A DNA stretch of 58,089 bases, counting the filler, from Sluysia triapertura (taxonomy: Eukaryota): NCBI GenBank assembly GCA_046118255.1. It is 4 parts of 4 records of this genome, joined end to end, with 100 filler letters (N's around TTAATTAATTAA, not from the genome) between each part and the next. Parts side by side here need not be neighbours in the genome. Positions count along the whole stretch, not along the records: positions 13,075 to 27,341 come from JBJNIA010001121.1; positions 27,442 to 39,993 come from JBJNIA010099656.1; 2 more parts are not named here. One strand, written 5' to 3'. Within the stretch, counting starts at the first letter, position 1. Each line of letters opens with the position of its first letter. The notes under the pieces were generated by a model that was not told the origin of the DNA, did no database searches, and worked only from the letters and a program-made list of their open reading frames with translations. Positions 13,255-28,144 of the stretch are shown piece by piece. A program made the translations under genes and the position numbers.

Positions 13255-16200
13255 TATTATTATTATTATTATTATAAGCTAATGAATGCGAAATTATTAA
13301 ATTAAACGTGAACATGATATTTATATGTCATGACATATTTCTTTCATAAATGCAGAAATGAGGTAGATTGGTTTAAAGATGAATCACAAGTTATATATAC
13401 ACATAATTAGTTATAGTAATATAAATATTTTAACGCGAATTTTATAAATAGTTTTCAAACAGATATTTTTGTCTTTATTTTTATTACATTAGAAAAATTT
13501 ATGTGAAAAATTAATTTTTTATCTTTTTATGTAATATCGAATATATTTCTAATTTATATTAAAATGTTTTATTGATTATATTTTCCAAAACAATTTTCAC
13601 ACGGTCGCTGAAATTATCAATAAGTACATTTGAATTATATAAAAAATGCACTTGTCTAGTGAATGCAAGTACCGAGAGTAGTACAGCAGTTAAAAAATTA
13701 ATGTTAATAAATTATATATTGAAACCTTTAATATACACTTATCTTTTAAAAAATCATTGACAAATAAAAACAATATAGTTTTCATTTTAATTAATTTAAG
13801 GTTTAAATTTATTCAGATTTTAACAATGTTGCTATGAATAATCAATTTATTTTGTCATTTTAAAATGTTATAAAATGGATAAGTTGTTTAATGTTTAAAC
13901 ATACTTAAGTGGGAATTAATTACATTGAAATTCTAATCATATAAAAAATATTTGTTTGATTATGTAACGTTCTTAATTTAGTACGTGATTTGTGTTTATT
14001 TTATTGCTTTTTATTTTTTGTTTAATTTATGTGTCTTAACTACATAAACAGTCGGTGTTTTGAGAAAAAAGGGTAAAAAATTCACTTTCTTATTTTTATT
14101 AGACTATATTTATTAATACAATTAATTAATTAATACAATAAATTTACTCAATAAGTAGTTTTAGTATGATATATTTTGAAACATTCAATGAACAATCCTA
14201 GGTCACTATCGTCAGTGTACGGGAAAATGTCACGCTCGAGTATAGTTCGGGCAAAACTGTCAAGTAGTTAAGAACTTATTGTATCTCATAAAATATCTTC
14301 AGTAAAAGTTAATTAGTGATTATTCAAAGATTTTAGAAATAAGAATAGTAATTGATTTTAAAACGTAAATAAAATATAATATTTACATACACGATGTTTC
14401 AAATTGTAGATAAAATTAGGACAAGACAAGATATTCAGTTAAAATTTATCCAAATTATAATACCGATTTGAATTATATGTCAAATTCTATTGGCATGAAT
14501 ATCAGTAATCCCGATATTAAATATAAAAATATCAAGAATAATACAGTTTCAATCAAATAACCGCTAACTTAAAGTAGAAGTTTCTAGAAAATTCCTGATT
14601 GGTTGTCGATTATTCATTAATTAAAATTCCAGCTAATTATTTTCAACATTTGACACAAGCTATAAAACTATTTAATTATACTTGGATAAATTGTAACTGA
14701 ATGTCTTACCTTTGCCTAATTTGAAACATCGTGTAGGTAAAGATTATATTTTATTTACATTTTAAAATCAACTACTATTCTTATATCTAAAATACTCAAT
14801 TTTTCTCTAGACATTATGTTCTCATGTACTTTTTCGATTCATGCTAATTTGATATGACATCGACATCGAAGTTTACAACTTGACTATTAAATGTAGATGA
14901 ATAGGGTATTACAGCAGCTTTCTTCAGCACTGACTTTCCAGATCTACCAGAAGAAACATTTCAAAGAGAACTTGAAATAATATTTCTGAAAACAGAGAGA
15001 CTAAAGAATTTGCTAAGGTTTTGTGATAGTCGAAATCATTAGAACCCAATGATTCAGATTTTGAAAGGAGTGCAAAAAAGAAGCCAACATGTTTCAGACG
15101 TGATACAGATCAACTAGCATTTGTTTAGGCAGAAAAAAAGAAAGCGACAAATGGGACTAAACGATTTCACCGTCATATATCAAGAAACGAAGTTTTTGTG
15201 TTGCAACTTATATTACAATATAATAAATATGTTAAAACAAGCTCTCAAAGGGCTTGATATGTGTTGTAGAGAATTAGTAAAAAATGTAGATATTGTGGGC
15301 ATCTTTAAGAAATACACTAATATAAATGTTTCCCAATATTTTCATTGATAAAAATTAAGATAATTACATCTCAATATTAAATTGTAAAATTAACTAAACA
15401 TGGTAAAGGTTAAACATTAATATAATTTAGAAATTAATGTTGTCCTATCTTTTATATATTGATATAAATTATTTAAATCTGTTCAGAAACTAGTATATAA
15501 AATAATTTCGATTGATATTCAACCAAATAAAAACAAATTTTCAAATGACAAATAATAATCCACGCATATATAAAAATTAGTCCAAATTAACTTTGAATTT
15601 TAATATATATAATCTTCGAATATTCGTATTTTGAGAGTAATATATATTATTGAATAGTTATTAGATTAATATGCTTTTTATTAAAAGAATTATACAGTCT
15701 CGCATTGCGTTAAATGTGTTCCACAATCTAATTCCGGTAGTTTCATATGGAATTTGAATGTATGTAAATCAATTTTTGTACGTTACACTTACTACTTGCA
15801 AAACTAAATCGAATCAGTGTATATATTATCTACACACATGAAAAAAGAAAACTAAATTCAATTATTTTTGATGATCTAGTATTGAAACCAGTAGGAAAAT
15901 TCTCAATTTTATTCACTACACAAGACACGCAAATCCAAAATGGTACTTATTAAATATTGAGTTCAATTTCTTTTATTGTCATCTTTCTTTTTACTAGCTT
16001 GCTCGTTCGTTTTCTTTCTCTTTCTCAGTAACTCTATTGTTAATCATGACAATGATGATCTTGTAATTTGGAGAGTCATTAGTCTGACAATACGGAAAAT
16101 ATCCATATTGTTAAATTAAACGATATATGGGAAAAGAAACTTTAAAAAATACAAAAAAAGAAATTCGTTTAATAATTGACATATAATTTAATATGTTATA

Positions 16201-17356
16201 GATTCAATTTTAAGTAGCAAATTTTGTAAATTATTAAGTACAAAATATTAACAAAGAATTTATTTAAAAATTAATAATTTTGAGAATTTATGAATCTTAA
16301 TTTAGTAATCACATTCATATAAATAAGAAACTTAATATCTTAATTATAAAGAAACTTTTTATTAAGATTGTGATGTTTATTGAATTATCGTCAATAAAGT
16401 TTTCGATTACATAATTAAAAAATATCCACTATGTAATCTGGAAATATTTAATTCCAAAAATAAAAAATGCTTAACGTAAGAATGTTATACTTTAGTAGTT
16501 AAATTAAGGTTTTAAATTAAATTAACGTTTTAAATCCATAATATGATGCATTCCGTGTCTGTCACTAAAAACATATTACACTTAGAACTGTAGACTAAAA
16601 TAACTGCAACCAAATGACAAATTAATAACATTTATAGCAGATAAGAAACATGTGTTGATCTAACTGAAAAAACACATTTTATTCGGTTATATATACTAAA
16701 TAGACTAAATGATCAAATAAAACATAAAATAACCACAGCTTTAATTAACATTTTCCATTTTAAATTCTATATCTTTATTATGCAATTATAGCGGTAATCG
16801 TACAGTAAAATATAGTTGCATACATTGCCCAAATAATCATGAGATCAAATCAATGTAAAAATCAAATAAATTATATTAAAACAGATTTTCATTTCGTCAA
16901 TTCCCTAGACAGTTGAATTGATTTTGTTACGTACACATAGCTCTCAATAACATCAATATATTATGACTCATTATTGACATACTAAGTATTAAATATTTCA
17001 ACTAAATATTATTTATAAAATTAAATATTAAATAAAACTAATATTCAATTATTAATGTAATAAAACAAAACTCAAAATTATTTTTCTGAATAAAAAATAT
17101 ATAGTTCAAATTTTTTAATTAAAACTAAATTATTCATTAAAATTAATACAAATTAATTTTTCAGTTACATTAGTCTTAATGAGATAAGAAGTACTTTGCG
17201 TGATTTTCAACAGTCTGCATATTTTATGTCATTTTTTCTAATTTCAGAGTATGTCTGGATGTCATTGTGAGAATTCTGTATATATTACTGATATAAATTT
17301 TATCTGGATTTATTTGAGGATATTTGTGAAGAAAATTTGAATCCAGTTTGAATAAT

Positions 17357-17358
<2 letters not shown>

Positions 17359-17419
<61 letters not shown>
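17359..17419. repeat. (AAT)n(ATT)n palindromic microsatellite
   Basis: Read directly; same structure at about 13220-13275. Confidence 0.95.
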
Positions 17420-17424
<5 letters not shown>

Positions 17425-18035
17425 ATAATTCAAGTAATAGCATCGTAAAGTACTTGAGATAATAATAATAGGAATAAAATGATAGCAGAAAACTATTAAA
17501 ACCAGAAGAGATTAATAATAAGAATAATCGACGACAGCAACAAAACACAAATGCTAAAATTTGAATTCTGCATACTTTTTTTGTTAATGTAAAAGAGTTT
17601 GTTGATGATGAAAGCATTTGTTTAATACGAGAGAATGTATAAAATGTGAAAGTAAGTGATTGTAAATATGTAATTGAGTTTTATTGTTATGTGTAAATTT
17701 TTGATATGTTCTAAGGGTAACTCATGTTAATGAATTTATTGATCTAACTATAAAGTTGGGTTGCGGCCCTAAAGTGTCACAGAATAATGATAACATAAAA
17801 GAAAATTATTAGACGGGCTGATAGATAAGTGGTCAAAGCATTTTATGAAGACTAACAATAACAGCAAGATGTTCTAATTATGAAAATAGAAACCATATCT
17901 AACAATTACTGTCTAATTCTGTAGTGTTTTTTGCAGTTACTAAACACTACCACTAGGTTTTCGTACTTCATTCTATGGTATCTTTCTTACAGTTGAATCT
18001 GTCTTTTTATAATTAATTCCATTATTCTGACTTAA

Positions 18036-21027
18036 CCCTTTGTGGTCTTATTTTATTTCCATTGAATCCAATACATGTCCTATTTAATTCTAGCTGCAAG
18101 TGGTTATGCTAAGTCTAAAAGTATATAATTTTAATGTATTATATACAAATGTATGTACTTAATGTAAATATATTTTGGAAAATTAAAATAAATAAAATAT
18201 TTTAAAAATAGTTGTTATTCAGTATTTTAATCTATAATTCAGTATCTATTATCTATAAATATTATTATTATTATATTACTAATTATTAATTATGAAATAT
18301 ATTACAATATTATTAAAATATTTATTAATATTATTATAAAAATATTATTAAAATTATTATGCATAAATATTATTTATTGGTAAAAATATTAGTAATATAT
18401 TAAAAAACATTACTATTATATCTAGTATACGTCAATTTAAGGTCAAATGATATTAGTTTTGAGTTTGAAAAGAGCGTAGGTTTGAGTCCGACAAAAAACG
18501 TAGTATTAGAATTAGTCATTTGTAATGTCACAAGTGATAAATCATCATTTGATTAACATATTGATACTTCATCATACTATACTTCATATTATACTTCAAC
18601 AAATTATAATATTAACAAATTATACTTCAACAAGAGTGAAAACCATTTTAAATCATTTGTTATAAATTATCAATTTGAAAGTTGTTTATTATTTGTGATT
18701 ATAAATATACAACCCATTCACATATTTGTTTGGTTAAATTTGAGAATCACAATTCAATAATCAATAGATTTTAATGTCGAATTTCTAAATCTTTCAGTGG
18801 ACAAGTAAAAGAAAATATAACAATCAAGATTATTCACAAGAAAATTTTATTACTTCAGTATTTTGATTAAGTAAGTTAGTTTGTACAAATTATTAAGTGA
18901 TATTTTAAAAAACAAATAACAAAATTTACGTTAAAATTTTAAATTAAAGTAAATTTTAATTACTCATACAAATTGCAATTATTTAAAGAAATTATTATTA
19001 TAAAGTATAATAATATTCAAACTAATAACCAATATTACTGATTCACATTTTAAGAACCAAATTTTTATTGACCATTAAGCTGTTTACAGTGTAACATTTT
19101 ATTATTGATTTTGCGCTTTGAGGAGTTGAATTTTTATTTACAATTATCCATTAAGTACGCATACTCAATCGAATTTGTTTTGTACATGAAATTATTTATA
19201 TTGTAAAAATTTTAATATTCGTTTTAATTCATTTGAAATAAATAAAGAAATAAAGAATTTTTTTGACATCGATTTAACAACTAAGCATATAAGCGACAAT
19301 ATTTCAAAAAATAAATTTTTCCGTCTCATTCGTCTCGTTCAATCGTACTAACTTCGACGATCTTATAAAACTAACTTACATAGTTTCAACTTAAAATAGA
19401 ATCTGCAGTTATAATAAACAGTGTTATTATAATAAATATAAATTTTATCCAGCAGATCTATTTAGATCATACATAAACTTGCTAAAATTAGCAGAAAATC
19501 AATTGAAAATATTTTCTTTGATCTCCATTTCGTTCAATTTCCTTTAACGCTGACATCAATGCATCGACCATTAAGTGTGTAAACCCAGTGTCATAGAGCA
19601 CTCACACATATAAACACAGAAAGAAACATTGTATATTAAATATTTAAAAGTTTTAAACTAAATTCTCACATAAAATAAACTATTTAATTCTCACTATTAT
19701 TCTCACTAAATATTTCAACATAAGGAAGTTCAAACATACACTTACAAATTGATTCTGAAGGTCAGTTCGCCTAAGAGACACGACTTTAATCTGTACAAAA
19801 GGCGTTCAACTAAGATTTTTACATAGTAATATGTCAGAAGTAGTTACGAAACTTATAAATTGTTAATAGATCGTCGTTTGTGAGAGCTTATTCGTAAATG
19901 TCTTAACTGACTGATATTTAGTATGAATAAATTATAAAATATGAACGTTAAGTGAGTATGTTACGGTCTGACAAATTATGCTAGATTTTAAATATTAAAT
20001 TAGCCAGTTATGGTTTGATAAAGTTTATAATATTTTAACTTAGATAAAAGTGTTAAAAGTAAAAATAACTTATTATACGATAATATGTATTGTGTACAAT
20101 AAAATAAATAAAATATACAATATGTAACAAGGATGTTAAAATAATAATTATAATGATGATAATTATTTAACATCTTCTTAGGTGTGAAAAATAATTGATT
20201 TTAATTTAAAATTAACCAAGCCTTTTTACGGTCAAGGCAAGATAGTAGATTTTAGGTGTGATTTTATATGTCGTACTATTTAAAGTTAGGATAATTCAAA
20301 CTTAAGTTAAACAACCTTACTTATGCATGAAAATTGAAGCTGCGTCGGAAATCGTCGAAGATTAAATTAAATTACTTCGTAAAGTACTGAATATTATATC
20401 CAAAATGTTAGATTTACATATATATAAAGTGGAATCGTCATTTAGATTGTTTATTTGTGTTTTTTTAAATGATTTAATGAAAGAAATTGAAAAATAAAAT
20501 AACAAATTAAGATTAAATTATCTCTTTTCTCTTATTAGTAATATAAAATATGGTAATATTTAATCAAGTAATTAATTATAATTTTTAATAATACTTAATA
20601 GTAATATTTAATAAGAATAATAATTATTTAACAGTATAATATTTAATAATATAATTAATATAAAATCTTAAATAAAATAAGACAAAGATCAATTGTTAAT
20701 AATTATGAGTTATTAGATCAAATCAAATCATGTTTATATTTTTTATTCCAACACAGCGAAAACACAAAATTTTCACAATTAAACGTCTGGCTCAAAAAAT
20801 ATACACAAATCGAATTTAAATTATTTATTAATTAATTTAATTAATGCCATGTTATTTTTATTTATTTATGTAATATTTAAATATTATAAATAATAATATA
20901 ATATAATAGTTTATAAATTACCAATATAATAACACGAATATTCCTATTTGTTTACGATATTACATTTGCACAACTCCGATGAAACTAATCTGCATACTTC
21001 GCATATAGTACAGTGGACCGCAAAGGG
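18036..21027 (+). mobile_element. Old piggyBac-like element (~3 kb)
   Basis: TTAA-CCCTTTGTGGTC (18032-18047) and GACCGCAAAGGG-TCAA (21016-21031), 11/12 TIR match; internal EKSVGLSPTKNVVLELVICNVTSD (about 18467-18538) resembles piggyBac VVL.L...NVTxDN. Confidence 0.45.
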
Positions 21028-24000
21028 TCAAATGTATACATCTAATCTTGTTTTATGAATTTTTGTAATTATATGTTACATTTTCTCTACATAATAATTA
21101 ATTATACTCTATAATATAATTAAATTTTTTTTATTAATTTTTGCTTCTTAGTATACATTTCTATTTTACTAACTTCTCATTTCTTCTGTTTGATTTATAA
21201 GTTTTGTGTCTTCTTTATTTTTTTTCTACCTCCTACAGCCTTCTTTTAATACCAACGTACTTCTTCCCAGACGTTTTTGTTTTTATTTTGTGAAATTATT
21301 TTTGCAGATCGTAATTATCGAAAGTGAGTATTATAAATTATCTAATGACAGAGACGAATGTTATATATATAACATTTATCAAATTTTTTATCAATCGCTA
21401 CAATGAGATTTTTTATGACAGTAGGATTGTTCATTAAAATAGTTGAGTTTAAAAAATCGGTTTCCAACACACACTTGGCAGTTTTTATAAACAAAAATTA
21501 AAAATACGATTAATCACAATAATTAATTTAACAACTAATTAATTTTAATTGCACATTCAACATAATGACAATTAGAATTTTATGTGTTGTTAGTAGAAAA
21601 AGAATTAATTTTTCATTATAAAACCTAATGTAAATTGAAAAGTTAAAACAAAATCCATTTCTTACTTATTGTTTAAGAAACAATAAATTAAAGGAAAATT
21701 CGAGTTTCTTGTTTTATTATTAGTATGTTTAATTTTGTAGATTTGTTGTTAAGGAAATTGCATGGTTAAGAGTAATATTTCTTGGTGAATTATAAACTCT
21801 TTTGAAATCTGATTTTAAGTTAACCGAATAATGTCTAAAAATAAGACATATTAATCAATACAAATCTTTAGAATTATCAAGAATAAATTTAGTTACAAAA
21901 TTAACCAACTTTTTCAGGTAATTCGGTTTGTGAAGAAAGAATTTGATCAACGGTTTTGTAACACCAATTTATTCAGAGTATGACATATGATAACGTCTAA
22001 ATTCTCTAATTTGTAACATCTAAATGTCTCGTTAAAAGATAAATTACGAATGAATTTTATGATTAGTTGTTCGAAGTTTGATTCATTGCCGAATATCGAA
22101 TAGGCAGAGCTTGCCATAAGGTGAAAATTAATTTGTAGATAAGATCTTACAACGTAGCCTCTTTCTATGAGATAGTCGAATGCGTTTACTAGTTCGAGCA
22201 ACAATATATACTTTTTCGTATTCATATCAACGACAATTTCTATGTATTTTCAACCTGATACTTTCCGGGTTATTGTTTAAATAAAAATTTAAATTTCTTA
22301 CATTTGTCATACATTATATTGGAATATAATGCATCCTCAGATTCTACTCTTACCATTAATATTGGATCGTTAAAAATAAAATTCATCTTCATGTACTTAA
22401 GAGTCAAAGTTAATATGGTGATTGTAATTCTTCTCAGATTTAATACTGATTTCGGGCCATATTTCTTACACCGGATTGGCTAAAGATAAAGAATCCAAAA
22501 ATGCACATATATAGTCATCATAAGATGGCATCCAGCCAAGTCTAATATTGTCTTAATTAATTAATCAATTAATTCTCATATATGCAGTACCAAGTTTTGA
22601 TAATACCAATGTAATTAAGTAAATTTTGTTAAATACGTCTGTGTCAGATCTATTAATATTTTCATGATATTTAATCAGCAAATTATCTATTTGAATCTAT
22701 TAAGAGTTATCCAATAATTGTATTAACAATTCGTAATTTCCCTCATTTTTATTATTTTTTCTCAATGGTCAATTTTTATATTGTTTTCGTGCATTATTAT
22801 CATATTTTCCTTAAGTCATTAATAAGTGTCTAAATAATAAGATAAATCTGAAAGTTTGTTTCAACTATTCTTGCACCAATAATTAACTGAAATGTTTTCA
22901 TCTGAATGGAAAAATAAATGCCCTTATCAGATTTTAACTTTGTACATATTACATTAATGTAATTCTATTTTTCATAGATTCCATCAAACATCTGACTTCC
23001 TAAAATTAATAGACCGGAAATCAAGCTCAAGGTCATTCTTTTCTTTGAGCTTTCACCAGTCCTAATTATCAATTTTTATTATTGTAAATTTTGTTATTGT
23101 AAATGTCAAAAATGTTCAATAAATAACACTGACATTATTATTGAATTTGTTCTATGAAGATTTTAACACACTATTATGAGCAATCAATTTCAGTCATACG
23201 ACACACACACACACACACACATACTTAGATATGAATGTGTGTATCGTTAATTTTTTAAATACTATTGCTTCATTATTATTGCAATAATAATAACAATATT
23301 TCTACCATGATATTGTGTATACCTATTTGTTAGCTAGGTACGTATATTTAGATCTAGGATGAACTGAAATAAAATTATACTGCTTGATAAATTTAACAAT
23401 TATTATTTGAAAAGTCAAAACATGAATTGAGAAAAAATGGTTAAACTTAGAAAGTAATTTCAAATTAAAATGTTAAAAGGTGATAATAGTATCAAAATCT
23501 TCTGAGGCCGTTAATTCAAATGTAGATTCAATATTCATTTTTGCTTAAATTTTATTATTCTTGCATGATATAATTACTTCAAAAATAATAAAGTAATATC
23601 TGCCATTTTAGCTTACAATTTCATTCGACAAACTCATTGTGTAACTATGCATTCTTAGATCGTCCAATATCCCTTTTCATACTTTTCAATTATCACGTTG
23701 TGCTCTCAATAACCACAGTATTGGCACTTCTGATTGTTAAATGTTCTTATACCACACTTAGCGTATAATCTTTTATCCGATTAATGCAGATAATAAATGA
23801 TAATATAATGATGATGAATCGTTTAATATCAGTTTGGATACAAACTTCCTAAATAGGTACTTCCTAAATAGCTACGAATCGAATCAAATACTTATTTCTG
23901 AACCATTTTGTCAATTTGGTCATTCTGTTCTTTGAATAGCCTTCTCTGTGTTATTCATTTCAAATTCAGTATATAGGGTATTTAAAACCATAAGAATCGA

Positions 24001-25622
24001 TTACACTTGAAATATATATTATAAACAATAATGAATCGTTGCAAAATCCGCATAAAATTATATTTAATAATCGCATATAATTAATAAATTGATTTATAAA
24101 CTAAAATTCAAAAGATTACATAATATTCCAATTAATTTATAAATAAACTTCAATCATGACTTTAAATTTTATAAAATAAGTCAGAAAATAAAATTTAAGA
24201 CAATATCTAAAAAATTAATTCTTGCAGTAGACTTTTTCAAGGTTCCAAAGGAATCTTAATAAATTTTTCTTTGTGGTTATGTTTAAAGAATAAACCTTAA
24301 TAAAATATTATCTTTAAGGTCTCATTTAATTAAAGTGATCTTTTACGTAGAAACAATCCTTAATTCACTTTATACCAAACCCAAAATGAATATATAAAAT
24401 CTACACAAAACCCACATAACATTTCTTAGAGAATAAGTTCTTGATTTTAGATAAAGCTAAAGAATAAGATATAAACTTTTTAGGAAGAAAAAATTTAAAT
24501 AAATTGCAACGTTCAGTAATTCTTCAATTCCAGTAAGCTCAGTTTATTATTATTCTTTAGAATCCTACGTACTGTACGTAACTAGTAAGTTTAGGATCGT
24601 AGATGAACTCATATATTATAAAAAAATTTTACTGTTTATTTATTGTAACGAAAATCTATAATGCATATTGCAATTAATGATTGTTTGTGTAAAGTAATGT
24701 TAACCTTAAAGGTCTAGATATTTATTAATAGCATAATTAAGCTATTTTTGTACTTTTTAAAATAATATTTTCAATAATAAAGTTACTAAAATATTTACAT
24801 AATTAAAACTATTAAAATATTCATTGTTATTAATATACAAAAATAGTATATCATCACATCATTACATTTTAATCTATTAACCCTTTCTAATGATTACTAT
24901 TTACATTGGTCCACGGACTCTTAATAGTCGACAAATATGCCATTAGAAAGTTTATCTACACTTCGTAGCATTTATTATCTAAGTTGATGTAACAAAAATT
25001 AATTTTTTAACAAAAAATTTTTAAAACCTTTGGATTCTTCTGGACACATTTTGTTTCTTTCGTTTTTGGCCACCGTTACTCAAATAAGGGATTAAAACAA
25101 ATATAAAAATAAAATTACACATACATTTAATATTATAAAGCCAATAATCGTTGGACAATTTAATTCCATCGAAATGTATTAATTTAATTGATGATTCATT
25201 TATAAAAATTAAAAAAATTTAATCCAAATTCAAACCAAAAATACACATCAAAGACACACATATTTTGTTTTTAAAATACAAATGATGTGTTGTTAATTAT
25301 TAATTGACAGAAATTTAAAATAAAATAAAACAATTTCGGATGTTATTCATTTTATTTTGAAATAATATTCTTGTTAGACTCGAAACAACACATTTTTAAT
25401 GTTAAATATTGATATAATAATAATGATTATTATTACTATTATTATAAAACAAATAAAGAAAGTTATGCAATTTAATAATAGAAGTGATTTAAAAATCATA
25501 AATTATTCATAAGCAATATTGTCTCTGAATTCGTTGTCATAAAAACTTTAATTAAAAAATTTTACAAAAGAAAATATTATTTATATAAATATTTTGTATA
25601 CAAAATTAGCGGCAATTTTTAA

Positions 25623-25660
<38 letters not shown>

Positions 25661-27268
25661 TAATAATAATAATGATAATAATAATAACCTAAACACTTAT
25701 TATCTCGTAAATTGGCTTGTATTTTGAGACATATCTTAATATTATTCGGTTGTAATCTATGCTGATGTACACAAGTACAGTCAAACATACCATGCTGTCG
25801 CAATATTTGGTACAATGATACACACTGATCTCTGAATTTTAAACAAAATTCCAAATAAGTAAAATATTAATAATAATGATAATAAAGTGACTATATTTTA
25901 CATGAAATTAAGAAAACATTCTAATGATAGTCTAAGACAAATTAAATACCATATAAAAGTTCTTTGAGTATGCTTAATAATAATGGTAACATTGTATTTA
26001 GAAAATCATTAATATAAGCTTTTGTTACTAGATCGATTTAATAAGTGTACAAAAAGTATGTAAAAATAATTCTTTTTTAAATTTGTAATATAATTCAAAT
26101 AGTGAATTTATATTGTGAGAGAAAAGGTGTAGAATGAGATTAAAAGCGTGAGTACACCAACGTACTGGACTTATCAGCTAGGGTTAGCCGTTGGATATGT
26201 GAAGTGAAAGCATCATAAATCTTAATATTATGTTAAATATTTGGAGGTATTTGTAATTGTTTACAAAATTTATCTAATAGTTTAAATGAGATTTTTCGAG
26301 GATCCTTTGAAATAGGATCGAGAATAATTAATTTACGATGTTAGACTTGTAATCTGACAAAATCTATTTGAGTAGCAATTTTATAGTTAAAACTATAAAA
26401 ATTAAAAAGAAAACAATAAATTTAACTTAAAAGTTTATTACTTACAAAAATTTCAGATATAAGAAACAAATTATATAATAGCAATATTTATATTACGTTA
26501 GAATTAATCAATTCTCAGCTCTACTGGTAATGTTAAAAATGATTTTTCGAAGGATTTATTATAAGATCCAAAATAGTTATAAAATGAATTTAAGTGGAAA
26601 ATTACGGGATATCTTAACGATATCAATACCTTATTAAAATAAAATTAATGTAAAGAATCAAATACAAAAAAATGAAATGGATTCTTCAATCTGGATGCCA
26701 GTAAAAATGGAATCTAAACTTCGATTTAGATGTCAATACTATGTGTATTTTAATAAAACGATATTTTAACTCAAATATTACAAGCTTAAAAATTTAATGT
26801 AGTCTATTAATAAAATATTAAAAGCTTAATTTAATAATTTTAAAAATTTAATCGAAAATATTCTTACTTTAAATTTGGTGGTTTTTTTTGATTAATTCAT
26901 TTATAAAATCATAAAATATTGTTTAAAATAATAAATAATTATACATATAATAATAAAATAATCAATAAATTTCATAAAGTTCAAATAGTTAGTGTGTACA
27001 ACAAATAATCAATTGTTAAAGTTGTGTAGCATTACAAGATATATTATTATTATTATATTTAAGTAGTGCCAATTTTTATTTGAACATAATATTGTACGTA
27101 ATTGAGATGATGTGGTTTTTGTAACACTCAATTTTTTAGTAGGGTCCCGTTACAGTAAACGACTTAATAAGTTAATAAATACTTTAGTGGTAATCGTAAA
27201 ACTTCAAAGCTGCTAATCAATTTGATGCTTATTACACAATATTTTTTTAGAAACAGTAACTATCTTAA

Positions 27269-27341
27269 CTCGTTCGCTACCAGCCGGCACATATGTGTGC
27301 CACTGTAATTCGTTACCAGAGACCAGCGGCACATATATGTG
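27269..27341. mobile_element. piggyBac-like terminus running into an assembly gap
   Basis: TTAA followed by CTCGTTCGCTACC and two copies of the near-palindrome GGCACATAT(A/G)TGTG. Confidence 0.4.
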
Positions 27342-27441
27342 NNNNNNNNNNNNNNNNNNNNNNNNNNNNNNNNNNNNNNNNNNNNTTAATTAATTAANNN
27401 NNNNNNNNNNNNNNNNNNNNNNNNNNNNNNNNNNNNNNNNN
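27342..27441. other. Assembly gap linker
   Basis: 44 N + TTAATTAATTAA + 44 N. Confidence 0.99.
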
Positions 27442-28144
27442 TAACTTAAACGGTGACAAATATAATTCAACTATAGTACTTTAGAACACTTTAATGTTTC
27501 TTTATGTTAGGTTTGTGAGTGATTTTGTATGTCTATTTAAAACGAGATTTTCAAAATTGATTAAAATTTAATGAATCTTACAAAAATAGGACTTTAAAAG
27601 TAATTCGTATAAGTTAAATTACTATTTAAAATGAGAGTTACAAAGTCGCTGTATTTCAAAGAGGTTAATGTATTAATTAAATAACTCTGTTTAATTATTA
27701 TTTTTATAATAATTAAAATATAAAGACCCTAAAAATATAAGAAATCAATTACTTAATTTGTTTATTTAATAATGATGATGATCTGAAAATAACTGACAAT
27801 TAATTAAGTAAATATTTTATCAATCTATTTACAATTTCTGTTACAAAAATATTTTGCGTAATACTTCATGATGCTCATAAATATAATCCATTGTTAAAGT
27901 AATAACTTGTATAATAAAGTAATTTTGTCCGACTGTAATGTCCATGCAATATTAACCAATAACATTGAAGGAAACAGATCAATGTAGAAATAAGTATAGA
28001 TCTATTTTAATAATTATTGAAATTTTTATTTGCTTTTAAATCTCTTAAGTCACTTTAAACATTATTTTTGTTGAAATCCCTTAAAAACAATTTGGCTACA
28101 GAATATTTGATGATACAATTCAACATAATGACATGTACAACACA

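Noticed and set aside
17224-17617. Poly-Ile, poly-Asn and poly-Tyr ORFs
   Set aside because: Microsatellite translations
21009-21018. TACAGTGGAC matching the start of the Tc3-like TIR
   Set aside because: Only 10 bp match and it overlaps the piggyBac-like end; likely chance
23600-23960. Gag zinc-knuckle-like KCQYCGY*EH on the minus strand
   Set aside because: Incomplete CCHC motif and no adjacent pol motifs
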